Source of the DNA: Eledone cirrhosa
Lineage: Eukaryota
DNA length: 64,000 nucleotides
NCBI GenBank assembly: GCA_964016885.1
Contig: OZ024742.1
Span: forward strand, 141,608,001 to 141,672,000
Direction: 5' to 3'
Positions within the stretch are counted from its first letter, which is position 1. Each line of letters opens with the position of its first letter. The position numbers and the translations under genes are program-made. Of this stretch, positions 30,295 through 43,153 are shown in pieces. Below the pieces are notes generated by a model that was not told the origin of the DNA, ran no database searches, and was given only the letters and a program-made list of their open reading frames with translations.

Positions 30295-30552
30295 GTTCTT
30301 CTGGTTTTATAATTTCACAAAGTTTTACCAATAGAGAGAGAGTCGGTTTCTAACATAGACACAAGACTCTCTCATTGGAATTTACACATCATCAACTAGG
30401 TAGATATGTATGCATGCATGTGTAGATATGGATGTTATTGTATGTGTGCATGTGTATATGCTTTGTATCTGTACATGTGTATATGCAGTTATTAGATGCA
30501 AACTTTTTGGAATGTTTTACATATTTTTACTGTTCCATTAATGGATTGTACT
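30295..30552 (-). mobile_element. R4/Dong 3'-terminal fragment within (ATGT)n
   Basis: Matches 45601-45885; (ATGT)n on both sides. Confidence 0.88.
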
Positions 30553-31082
30553 TATGTATGTATGTATGTATGTATGTATGTATGTATGTATGTATGTATG
30601 TATGTATGTATGTATGCATGCATGCATGTATGTATGTATGTATGTATGCATGTATGCATGTATGTATGTATGTATTATGTATGTATGTATGTATGTATGT
30701 ATGTCTGTCTGTATGTATGCATTTATGCATGTCTGTCTGTATGTATGTCATTATTTATGTATGTATGTGTTCCATTCCCGTATGTCTTTGTTACACAAAA
30801 GATGAGATCTTAGATCCGGGTGCTGGAATTATGTAAGAGTTATGGGCTTTTTCTAGGGAATTGGGGACATATAAGTAAAATGTATCTGTCATCATTTTTA
30901 TTTTTATTCCTCATCGCCTATACATTCATGTATATATAAATATACATACACACATGCATACATGCACACATGTATACATATATATATAGATACATATATA
31001 GATACATACATACAAATATACATACATACATACATACATACATATATTGATACATACATACATACATACATACATACATACA

Positions 31083-31116
<34 letters not shown>

Positions 31117-32137
31117 CATACATGCATACATACATGCATACATACATATACACATACATACATACATATACACATACATACATACATGCACACATGTATA
31201 CATACATACATACATGCATAGATACATACATACATACATACATACATGCATACATACATATACACATAGATACATACATATACACATACATACATACATA
31301 CATACATACATACATACATACATACATACACGGGTGAACGTGCACAGACACACATACACAGAGACACAACGCACACATGAACGCAGACACACTCGGCATA
31401 TTTGTACCAACGACGCAAACGCATACTGCGTCTCACACATGCAGAAATACTGTCACATATTTCAGCAGTACTCCAGTAGAGTTTTAAATCAATATCGGTT
31501 TATATCTCCAAGACATCCAATGAAAATTAAGGAAAAGTAATTATATAATATGCACCCAGACAAGATAAGAATGGAATGTTGTTGTTGCTGTTGTATTTGC
31601 TGTTGTTGTTGTTGTTGTTGTTGTCCCAAAGTCAGACTTTTTCGGATAGATACATGATCAAGGGCGTTTCATGCTTCAAGAATACTGTATCTAGAACTAT
31701 GTCATCCAGTGTGTTCATCCGTTTGTTTTAAAGTTGGTAATGTGGGATTTGAGGGAGTTTTAGCTGCTATTTCAACCAGGTAGACAACATATGTAGGTGC
31801 GCTTTTGTTGGTTTGGATAACGTTGGCTTTGCAGTTATAGTTTCATGGCACATAATTCTGATCCAACGGATCTCTAATCAGAAGTATTTCAGCCCATGTT
31901 CATAGATTTTCTTTTGAAGGCATCATTCTTCAAGGTATCCTAATTTTTCTAAACAGCAGGATGTTATTTGAAAGGAACTTAACTATAATTACTTCCGCCT
32001 CCCGTTGACACAGTCAGGACTAACTGGCCAACTAACTGACAAGTTGACAGGGCGGTCTAATGGAAACCACAACGTCTTTCAGTATCTAGATAAAATACAG
32101 TAATCTTTGAAAAACTTGAGATAACCTGCTTCAGCAA

Positions 32138-32775
32138 ATAATTGTTTCTACTTTAGGCACAAGGCCAGCAATTACCCAGTGCATTACTGGTACTTTATTT
32201 TATCGACCCCGTAAGGATGAAAGGCAAAGTCAACCTCGGCGGGATTTGAACTCAGATCGTAAAGGGACGTAACTATGCTGGAAAGCATGGCGTCCGACCC
32301 TCTACTGATACTGCCAATAATGATTTCGAATCTGATGGAAAAGTGATTTGACAAGATCGACCCCCAGTTCTTCATTGGTACTTCATTGGTGTTTTATCGA
32401 TCCTGGAATGAGGAAAGGCAAAGGTGACCTTGGTTTGGATTTTAATTCAGGAAATAAAGTGACATAACTAAATACAGAAAATAATTTTGTCTAACGCTCT
32501 AGCGATTGTGACAATCTACCACCTTCTACACCAGCAAATATTGTGTGAATGGGTCTGGAATAAAGAAATGTCTAACTTAGGCTCAAGGAGAACAATATGT
32601 GGGGAGGAGAAAGTCGATTATATTGATTCTAGTAATTTACTGGTACTTTATTTTATCGACCTCAGAGCAAGGGAAGTTAAAGTTGACCCTTGCAAGATTT
32701 GAACTAAGAACGTAAAAGCCATAACCAAATGCCGCAAAGCATTTTGTCCGACACTAACGATTCTGCCAATCTGCC
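32138..32775 (-). mobile_element. Three consecutive family-A SINE copies of differing divergence
   Basis: Core ttttatcga..gaaaggcaaag..gatttgaactca recurs at about 32138-32318, 32340-32525 and 32570-32775. Confidence 0.75.
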
Positions 32776-33089
32776 AAAGCAGTACTCAAAGTGGCTTAAA
32801 TTATTTTGCTATGAGAAAGGAGAACTCTAATGTTCCAGACAGAACATGTCGTCGGAGAAACATTAAATGTTTTCTGCTGAAATCTTTTTATAAGATAAAT
32901 GTTTTCGGAATACTCTGTTTCCGCTAAGGCCATTTTCTTTATATAAAGTCTTTAAGTCTACGTTATCCAATGTTTGATTCTTTATTGTTATTGCTATTGT
33001 AGTTGTTATGGTTGTTTAACTCTATGTCAAGCCAATCGAACAGGCATAATCAAAAACGTTCCAGCAGTGACCTCGCATTATTTCTAGAT

Positions 33090-33494
33090 TGGCAGTATTG
33101 GTATGGGTGGTGGATTGGCAGTATCGGTACAGGGTCGAACACCATGCTTTGCAGCAAAGAGTTACGGCCCTTTATGGTCTGAGTTCAAATCCCGCCGAGG
33201 TTAACTTTGCCTTTCATCCTTACGGGGTCGATAAAATAAAGTACCAGTAATACACTGAGATAATTGCTGGCCTTGTGCCAAAAGTAGAAACAATTATTTC
33301 TAGATTGGCAGTATCGGTAGAGGGTCGAACACCATGCTTTGCAGCAGGGAGTTGCGGCCCTTTATGGTCTGAGTTCAAGTCCTGCCGAGGTTAACTTTGC
33401 CTTTCATCCTTACGGTGTCGATAAAATAAAGTACCAGTAATACACTGGGTTAATTGCTGGCCTTGTGCCAAAAGTAGAAACAATTATTTCTAGA
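33090..33494 (+). mobile_element. Head-to-tail dimer of family-A SINE inside an older repeat
   Basis: Two near-identical copies. The direct repeat attatttctaga occurs before, between and after them. Confidence 0.88.
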
Positions 33495-33729
33495 CAGATC
33501 ATATCCATGACTACAGTATCCAATATGTTTTCTTGTTTTTGAAGCATTGAAATATCATTTGAGGGAGATTAGACAATTATTTTTAGCATGTCGAGCTGCT
33601 TTCTAGATGCGGTCATTTGGCTCGTCTCTGTATGTGTATCTGCCAGTCTTTCACTGTTGTTTGTACTTATGTGTGTATATATGTGTGTATGTATCGTATG
33701 TGTGTGTGTGAGTGTATGTGTGTGTGTGT

Positions 33730-33785
<56 letters not shown>

Positions 33786-34278
33786 GGGTCTAGAATAAAG
33801 AATATGAAATTTAAGCGGTGGATACGTTTTAGTGACAGCACTAATTCTTTGGAAATGTATAATACAGTAGGATTAGTGTATACAACTGTACAGTTAGTTA
33901 CATAGATGCGTGTTTAGTCCCTTAATCCATTGGGACTTATAGAATCACCTTCATGTCGAGAAATTCTGACAAATGAATATGGTTGTGTACATCACTGCCC
34001 AAGTTGTACGCTTGGGATAACTTAGTCAGGACTAACTGGCTAACTAACTGACTATCAATTTTATTGTGAAGTCTCTAGGGCATGATTTTCTCTAAGATAC
34101 TTACCTAGACATTATATATAACCCATTCCACATCTGGTCAGAACACTTTCCAGAAAAGAAAGGTAAAACGAGAGAGGTTTTGTTTATTTTGTTGCCAGTG
34201 ATATCACAACTAAAAAAATAAATAAAATAAAATAAAAACAAAACAAAAACAAGTGTTTTGATTCAACATTATATGTAT

Positions 34279-34806
34279 GTTCTTCTGGTTTTATAATTTC
34301 AAAAAGTTTTACCAATAGAGAGAGAGTCGGTTTCTAACATAGACACAAGACTCTCTCAATGGAATTTACACATCAACTAGGTAGATATGTATGCATGTCT
34401 GCATGCATGCGTAGATATGGATGTTATTGTATGTGTGGATGTGTATGTTTTGAGTTGTATGTGTGGATGCTTTGTATCTGTACATGTGTATATGCAGTTA
34501 TTAGATGCAAAATATTTGGAATGTTTTACATATTTTTACTGTTCCATTATGTATGTATATATGTTCTTCTGTTTTTTTAATTTCACAAAGTTTTACCAAT
34601 AGAGAGAGAGTCGGTTTCTAACATAGATACAAGACTCTCTCATTGGAATTTACACATCAACTAGGTAGATATGTATGCATGTCTGCATGCATGTGTGGGC
34701 AGGAATGGATGTTATTGTATGTGTGGATGTGTATGTTTTGAGTTATATGTGTGCGTGTGCATATGCGTTTTATCTGTACACATCTATATGCAGTGATTAG
34801 ATGTAG
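34279..34806 (-). mobile_element. Two tandem R4/Dong 3'-UTR fragments
   Basis: Each starts (on +) with gttcttctg.tttt.taatttca..accaatagagagagagtcggtttctaacatag, preceded by atgt repeats. Confidence 0.88.
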
Positions 34807-34858
34807 ATTATGTATGTATGTATGTATGTATGTATATATGTATGTATGTATGTATGTA

Positions 34859-35452
34859 TTGGTGCTACTGGTAACATGTATCCCAGTACAACCTGTCTCA
34901 TGGGCGGGTCGTTGGCGACTAAACTGGCAACCCCACCAAGGTTTCTTGGTGAGGAGGGTGACTTTGGACATCCTGCAGGACTAAAAACAAAACCTGTCAA
35001 AGGGCAAAGGAGCTCTTAAGAGTCAATGGCCATCCAAATCACCGGGAGAAATGACCCCTTAGCCTTTGTCAAGGCAGAATTCTAGGAGAAGAAAAACTCT
35101 GATATAACACCTGCAACCCCGATGGTATCCAATGATGTTGACTTGTTCTTCTTTTTGGTAAATATCATCTTGGTTAAGAGAGTGGGACTGGCTTTGTGCA
35201 GTGCCTTTGCTCACTATAAAAGCTTCACGGCACAGGCATTGCTTTATATCTGGAGATCTCTCTGCACTTGTCGTCACATGGTACCATGGGCCCAGCACTA
35301 TGTGTCAATAATTGTCACAAGTGTAGTGTTTGTACCTGAGTTTTCAAGTCGCCGGCTGGACTAAAAAGTCACACTCGTTCAGCGCATCGGTAGGGGTTCT
35401 CCTACATGGATATAAAGTAGTGGCCGTACTCGAAAACGAGTTGGCAGCCACC
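34859..35452 (+). mobile_element. ~590-bp non-autonomous RTE-derived retroelement
   Basis: Near-identical copy at 48877-49471. 3' end tggccgtactcgaaaacgagttggcagccacc resembles the RTE 3' end tggccatactcgataacgagggggcagccatc. No RNA Pol III boxes seen. Confidence 0.75.
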
Positions 35453-35693
35453 ATGTATGTATGTATGTATGTATGTATGTATGTATGTATGTATGTATGT
35501 ATGTATGCATCCTTCGGTCACAAATGACCATTGGATTTGCACCTAGAATGTTCCCCTCCGAGACATTACTCCGGGAAAGTTTGTTTTGTGGAAGAGCAGC
35601 AGCCTCCCCTCTCCACGCCACCGATGTTGTCTAATGGAAAGGCAATGGCTGATACAGCTTGGCACCAGTGACGTCACAACTCATTTCTCCCCC

Positions 35694-35736
<43 letters not shown>

Positions 35737-35744
35737 CACATATA

Positions 35745-35788
<44 letters not shown>

Positions 35789-36157
35789 TACATATATATA
35801 TATATATGTGTGTGTATGTGTGAATGTGTGTGTTTGTGTGTTTGAATGTGTGTGTGTAGTACTGTATTATCCTGCCTCACACTATCTTACTCAATGCTAA
35901 CCGGAATGAATCCAGCAACAGAGTACACCACTTACATAATCAGTGATGTACTGGCAATCTCGAACGAATTAATTAGGGTTATCAACGAAAATTAATATGA
36001 CTAACAAGCAGTCGACCACCAAATCATCTAATAAAAATATGAAAATTATTGATATATCTCACCAATTAATTGTGATTACCAATAAGATTAACACGACTAA
36101 TATCAAACAATTGATAATCGAATCAGTTAATAAAAATATTAAAAATATATCGATATA

Positions 36158-36477
36158 CAGTTTTCTCCCGGTATTCGCGGGGTTACGTTCGAAGACCACC
36201 TGTGAAAAACCGCGAATATTGGACGTGGTCCATAAAAATGCCTATAAACGTCAAAATATAACGTAAAATATAGGCCGCTATATACGGTATATTGTTATTA
36301 ATAATTTAGCGTTAAAAAGCGTTACAAAATATATATTGCCACGAAAAAAGCCATTAAAAAATCGTAGAAGATATTTACGATTCCGTGAATATGCGGTGGT
36401 TTCCACGAACAATTATTAGTTAGGGTCTAAGGAAAATTCCGTGAATAACCGGGACCGCGAATGTCGGGAGTATACAG
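36158..36477. mobile_element. Tigger/pogo-like MITE
   Basis: TA-CAGT..ctcccggtattcgcgg at left and ccgcgaatgtcgggagtatacag at right; internal ccgcgaata/ccgtgaata repeats. Confidence 0.7.
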
Positions 36478-37021
36478 AAATGAGCGCTATTTTCACCAAA
36501 AGCCGAACTGATAACAATTACGTAAATAAGAGTATATACCAGCACTTCGTTGCGTCATCAACCTAGAATCGGTATAAGATATTCTGGCCATTTTATGCAA
36601 TTAAGACACTAGAGAAAATCTTAAGTAAATCGTTGACAGCTGTACCCAAAGACTGGGAAGTTCAGATAAGAATATTAATAAAAGTAATGTTTTCTAAAAC
36701 TTTTCTATTATAAAAGAAATAATTTATAATTTAATGGATAATAGATTTAAGAGAAAGAGTACACGCGTTAGCGCTGGCATGTCTCTGTGGTTAAGAAGTT
36801 CATTTTTCAACCATATGGTTTTGTGTTCAATCATTCTACGTGGTATCTTGTGCAAGTTTCTTCTAATATAGTCTGTGAGAGAAAATTGATAGATGGAAAC
36901 TGTGCAGTAGCCCATCAGATATAGATTATATGTGTATATTATAAGTATTGATGAAGGGATTTTATCCTGAAATATTAAGGACTAAACACATGCAAAGTAA
37001 CAATAACCATCTATAGCATTT

Positions 37022-37213
37022 AGCGGTGGATTGGCAGTATTGATAGAGGGTTGGACGCTATGCTTTGCAGCATAGAGTTATGGCCCTTTACGATCTGAGT
37101 TCAAATCCCACCGAGGTTAACTTTGCCTTTCATCCTTACCGAGTCGATGAAATAAAGCACCAGTAATGCACTGGGGAAATTGCTGGCCTCGTGCCAAAAG
37201 TAAAAACAATTAT
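37022..37213 (+). mobile_element. tRNA-derived SINE, family A
   Basis: Full head, core and tail as at 23835-24025. Confidence 0.88.
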
Positions 37214-37333
37214 TTATAGCATTTTGCATTTGCATTTTTTTCCTGAAAAAAAAACAAAACAAAAAAACAAATGAAACAAAGAAACATTAATTCTACACTT
37301 TCCACAGTGTTTCAAGCAAACTAAAAAACCTTC

Positions 37334-37364
<31 letters not shown>

Positions 37365-37394
37365 TGTGTGAATGTATGTATGTATGTGTATATA

Positions 37395-37830
37395 TGAACT
37401 CCAACCACAGCCGGCTATTCCCAGTGAATGTTTTGGTTGCCGACTCTGTGCAAGACATTTTAGATCATTGGCTGGGCTAAAAAGCCACATTCGATCGCAG
37501 CGCTGTTAGTTGCTATCGTGTGTGTGTGTGTGTATAGATATGTTTATGTGTGTGCGTATGTGTGTATATATATATGTATATGTATATCATTATTGTTGTT
37601 GTCGTTATTATTATTGTTGTTGTTGTTATTATTATTATTATTATTGTTATTAATGTATATGTGTGTATGTATATATATATGTGTGTATATATGTATGTGT
37701 GTATATATATATATATTTCTTTTTTTAAAATTTCTTTTCTTATTTTCTTTTCTTATTTATTTATTTATTAATATTTTTCTTTTCTCCTCGTGCAATGGCC
37801 ATACTCGTTAACAAGGGGGCAGCCATCATC
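37395..37830 (+). mobile_element. 3' fragment of the C2H2-bearing RTE LINE
   Basis: Matches about 44968-45550 (last zinc finger, microsatellite-rich 3' UTR, terminal ggcagccatc). Preceded by (ATGT)n. Confidence 0.9.
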
Positions 37831-38963
<1,133 letters not shown>

Positions 38964-39102
38964 ATAAAGAAATTGCTCAAGAAATGCTATAAAGTTAGCT
39001 TATAAAATAAGGTGAACACCTTTAAAAGACGGAAAAAGAATTCGGCTTCGTACATTATATATGATGAAGCGGCCAGAGCTCAGCCGTCGGGGTCCCTACT
39101 GT

Positions 39103-39178
<76 letters not shown>

Positions 39179-40803
39179 GATTTCCGATGTTACTTAATAG
39201 TGTTAGTAGGGTATAGACATCTTTATTTTATATAGTATTGACTTCTGCAGGACTAGAACTGTTTCATACGTATGAAATCATCTGATTTCTTTCATATGAA
39301 ACAGTTCTGTCGGTTTCGACGATAAGTGTTCCAGTTGTTTGAGCTACGGAACAACCTGCTCATGAAATTAACCTGCAAGTAACTGAATATTCTACACGGA
39401 CGTGTACCTTTAAGGTAATTCTCAGGAAGATTCCGCGTGACGGTGTGTACCAAGGCTGGCCCCTTAAATTATAGGTACAGACCATCTGGCGAACTTGCAG
39501 TTTTTTCTATCTATTTTACTTACAAGATTTAGTTCGGCGCTTAGCTATGGTAAATGCCAACTGCCACGATGCTATGCAGTGGGATCGAACTCAAGGATCT
39601 ATTGATTGCGTAACGAATTTCTTAACCGTTAGACTATGCTACATATACAATAACCAACAATAATTCCATATCATTTACTCATATAATATTTTATAAATTG
39701 ATCTCTCCTTTTAAGAACTCACGAGCTGAAGCTATTTTTAATTCATGTTCTTTATAAAGATGACAACGATATCACAACCCTCACATTTATCACATTTCCC
39801 ATCTCGACAGAGCTAATCGCTATTGAATGATACAGCATTAAACGTACACATTTCATGTTTGACCTTGTATCATCGGTTTGTGAAATACTCATACGGTTTC
39901 TTCGCATGCAAAAGGTCAATGGCTGATATCAGGACGTCATTTTAGGCTAAAAAGTGTTAATAACCTAAAAATATCTCCGAAAGGAAATATCTTGAGAAGG
40001 AGGTCAGAGCAGCAAAACTGAAGAACGAAATAAAGTTTCTAAATTAGAAATAGTTTCAAACCGAAACACACACAGACACACACACACGCACACACACACA
40101 CACACGCACACACACACGCGCACACACACATACACACGCACACACACACACATTTGCAGTTATGTTGGTTTATTTGTCTATTAACGCTTGTATATTTTCA
40201 ATCTTCTTTCCACCGCTCACTACTATTCATATCATAAATACTATAAATAAATACCAATAACAAATACCGATAATATATGCATAAGGTTTAAATTTAAGGA
40301 AATATTTTAAATCATGTTTGCATGTGTGTGTGTTGAACAAAAATACCAATAACTGAAGAACCGCATACTCTTCAGGGGAGTTTAATTTTTCGAGAGCTAA
40401 GAGAAATTGAACAAAATATAATACATAGTGTTTCCTTTACTGAGGCTGCATGATGGAATAAAAACACGCGTAGTGTTTCGTTGGCAAAATCACCTAGCAT
40501 ATTAGGACCACTTGAGAGGCTTACAATGTCGCTAGAAATAGCAGCCAAAACACCGTCTGATAAAGCTCGACAAATTAAGGAACAGTTTAATATTGATTAA
40601 AGCTTAATTAGTCTTTAATACTCTCAGAGAAGTAATATTATATATTAAAATTCAGAGAGATTTCTCTCATTGAAATGTTAAAGTATTTGAGACTAATTAA
40701 CATTCAATTAATATATATATATATGTGTGTGTTATGTATTTCCGTAGGAAAGTTAAAGGTAAGAAGAGTGCTCAGTGTACAGTACAGAGCTATTTAATTA
40801 TGT

Positions 40804-40842
<39 letters not shown>

Positions 40843-40845
<3 letters not shown>

Positions 40846-41049
40846 CGAAGGAAATGTGGTAAGGAACCAGATGGACCATAACGCACCAAAGTACTCAATA
40901 CTTAGAGTAGTAGAGTGGGTAATAAGAACGAGTAGGACTCCGACGGCTGAGCTCAAGCCGTTTCGACGGCTAATTCTGGACCAAAATTAGGTCCAGAATT
41001 AGCCGTCGAAACGGCTTGAGCTCAGCCGTCGGGGTCCTACTCGTTCCTA
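40843..41049. mobile_element. (TA)n-embedded fold-back mini-element, family P1
   Basis: Arms about 40923-40982 and 40990-41049, loop aaaatta; homologous to 1899-2088. Confidence 0.85.
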
Positions 41050-41184
41050 TATATATATATATATATATGATACACAATATGTTGGTTGGTGATCCAGTTT
41101 CAGATATCCTGCTATACATTGTATTAAGTGAGGAAAGTAGTGAAAGAGACTGCAGTGGGAGTACAGATACTCCCCGAAGTGGGA

Positions 41185-41315
41185 GGTAAATAGTATAATA
41201 AAGACAACGTGTAAATAGTATAATAAAGACAAGGTGTAAATAGTATAATAAAGACAAGGTGTAAATAGTATAATAAAGACAAGGTGTAAATAGTATAATA
41301 AAGACAAGGTGTAAA
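41185..41315 (+). repeat. 25-bp minisatellite, about 5 copies (gtgtaaatagtataataaagacaag)
   Basis: Directly abutting tandem units with no spacers. Confidence 0.92.
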
Positions 41316-41352
41316 ACAGGACGAAGAGGAGACACAAAATAACCAAAAGTAC

Positions 41353-41393
41353 TCACTGATGAGGTCACAGAATGTGTGACGAAAGAACTTTGA
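41353..41393 (+). ncRNA. Hammerhead ribozyme, family P3 variant
   Basis: tca-CTGATGA-g-gtcaca(gaatg)tgtgac-GAAA-gaac-TT-tga. Core and stem II conserved relative to 27155-27195 while the flanks diverge. Confidence 0.65.
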
Positions 41394-41578
41394 AATCAAC
41401 AACTAAACAACCATCCGGTCATTAAACTAACCGACGAAAAATTATAATGATAGATTGAAGTGAAACTTAACTAGTGTGTGTGTTTTTATAGGCAGTATGA
41501 CCTTCCCAATGTATAACAAATACAAAACGAAGTATATATATATATATATATATATAAACATACAATTGCGTGCGTGCG

Positions 41579-41632
<54 letters not shown>

Positions 41633-41727
41633 TTCATTGCATACCGATGAATCACCATCCTGCTGAAACTGACCATAAAGTGTAAGGCATTGTAATTTCC
41701 ATACCTTAACTAAAAATGCCTACTCTA

Positions 41728-41780
<53 letters not shown>

Positions 41781-42264
41781 ACCCACACACACACGCACAC
41801 ACACAGACCCCCCCCGCCACATACATATATATATATATATATATTTACATATGACGTGTGCCTGTGTATGTGTGAGAGAAAGATAGAGAGTAAAAATAGT
41901 GATATTTAGACGATAGATATTTAGACGATAGGTAGATAGATCCAGTTTAGATTTAATAAAGATGATTGTGTGTTTGTGCTGCTCAGGGGAGCAAGGCAGA
42001 CTCGTTGATGCGTGTAAACTTTACAACCGTTTCAGTATATGTGCACATTAAATGAACTGCTTTATGAGAGGAGATCGACTGAAGATATGAATGATAATAA
42101 AGGTGACAATGGCTGGATAAATGGATGAATGAATTTATGAAATATATGCAATGAATATATGAACTGCTGCTGGGAGGAGCGAAGGTTCATCAATCTATTG
42201 AAATACTGGTAGGGTAGGTTAAGAATTGAGTGGAATTCACATTCACATTCACATACACACACAC

Positions 42265-42295
<31 letters not shown>

Positions 42296-42432
42296 TGTAT
42301 GTATGTATGTATGTATGTATGTATGTATGTATGTATGTCTGTCTGTCTGTATGTATGTATATCTGTATGTCTGTATGTCTGTATGTGTGTGTGTCTGTCT
42401 GTATATCTGTATATCTGTATGTCTGTCTGTAT

Positions 42433-42919
42433 GTTTTCTCTTTCTCTTAATTTCGAGTATATTTTTTTGACCGGCCACCTTCCTGGTGGCAAGGTTGTAA
42501 AAGAAAAGAAATTGTCATCCCTTGAATCGCAAGAATGTTTTGCAAATTTTGAAGGTGCCAGCTATCGCAGCCATTTGTAGACTATGAATTAGGGAGCTGC
42601 GCTTTTTGTCCGCAAATCCAAGTTCAGTCATACTTTGGTCCAAGCGGGTTGGTATATAACCCGTAGCACCAATAATGATGGGTATGAAGCTAAAGGTGTA
42701 TCTTGGATACTGGATTTGTAAACTCCTCATCAATGGTCCGTAGATGTCCTCCTTCTCCTGTATTTTTCTGACAACGTTTACATCAAGTGGGCAGCTGATC
42801 TCCACAACAGAACACGTTTTCAATGTGTGGTCCCAAACTACAATATCATGTATGTATGTTTTCTCTTTCTCTTAATTTCGAGTATATTTTTTTGACCGGT
42901 CACCTTCCTGGTGGCAAGG
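42433..42919 (-). mobile_element. Second R4/Dong family, 3' fragment plus a 60-bp 3' stub
   Basis: ORF KTCSVVEISCPLDVNV..KEDIYGPL..IPIIIGATG..KICKTFL is a REL domain paralogous to 45849-46244. Distinct 3' UTR repeated at 42858-42919; embedded in (ATGT)n. Confidence 0.85.
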
Positions 42920-43153
42920 TATGTATGTATGTATGTATGTATGTATGTATGTATGTATGTATGTATGTATGTATGTATGTATGTATGTATGTATGTATGT
43001 ATGTATGTATGTATGTATATCTGTCTGTATGTATGTATGTATGTATGTATGTATGTATGTATGTATGTATGTATGTATGTATGCATGTATGTATGTATGT
43101 ATGTATGTATGTATGTATGTATGTATGTATGTATGTATGTATGTATGTACGTA

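Noticed and set aside
34870-34930. HDV-like ribozyme at the 5' end of the 590-bp element
   Set aside because: P2-like ccagt/actgg and a CUAA junction exist, but L3 is too short, P1 does not pair and the diverged homologue near 5020-5090 does not preserve the fold.
41185-41315. CRISPR-like repeat array
   Set aside because: Units abut with no spacers; eukaryotic context and no cas genes.
42911-43153. N-terminal extension of the 723-aa ORF
   Set aside because: In-frame read-through of a Dong 3' stub and (ATGT)n. True homology starts at SPGMDG.
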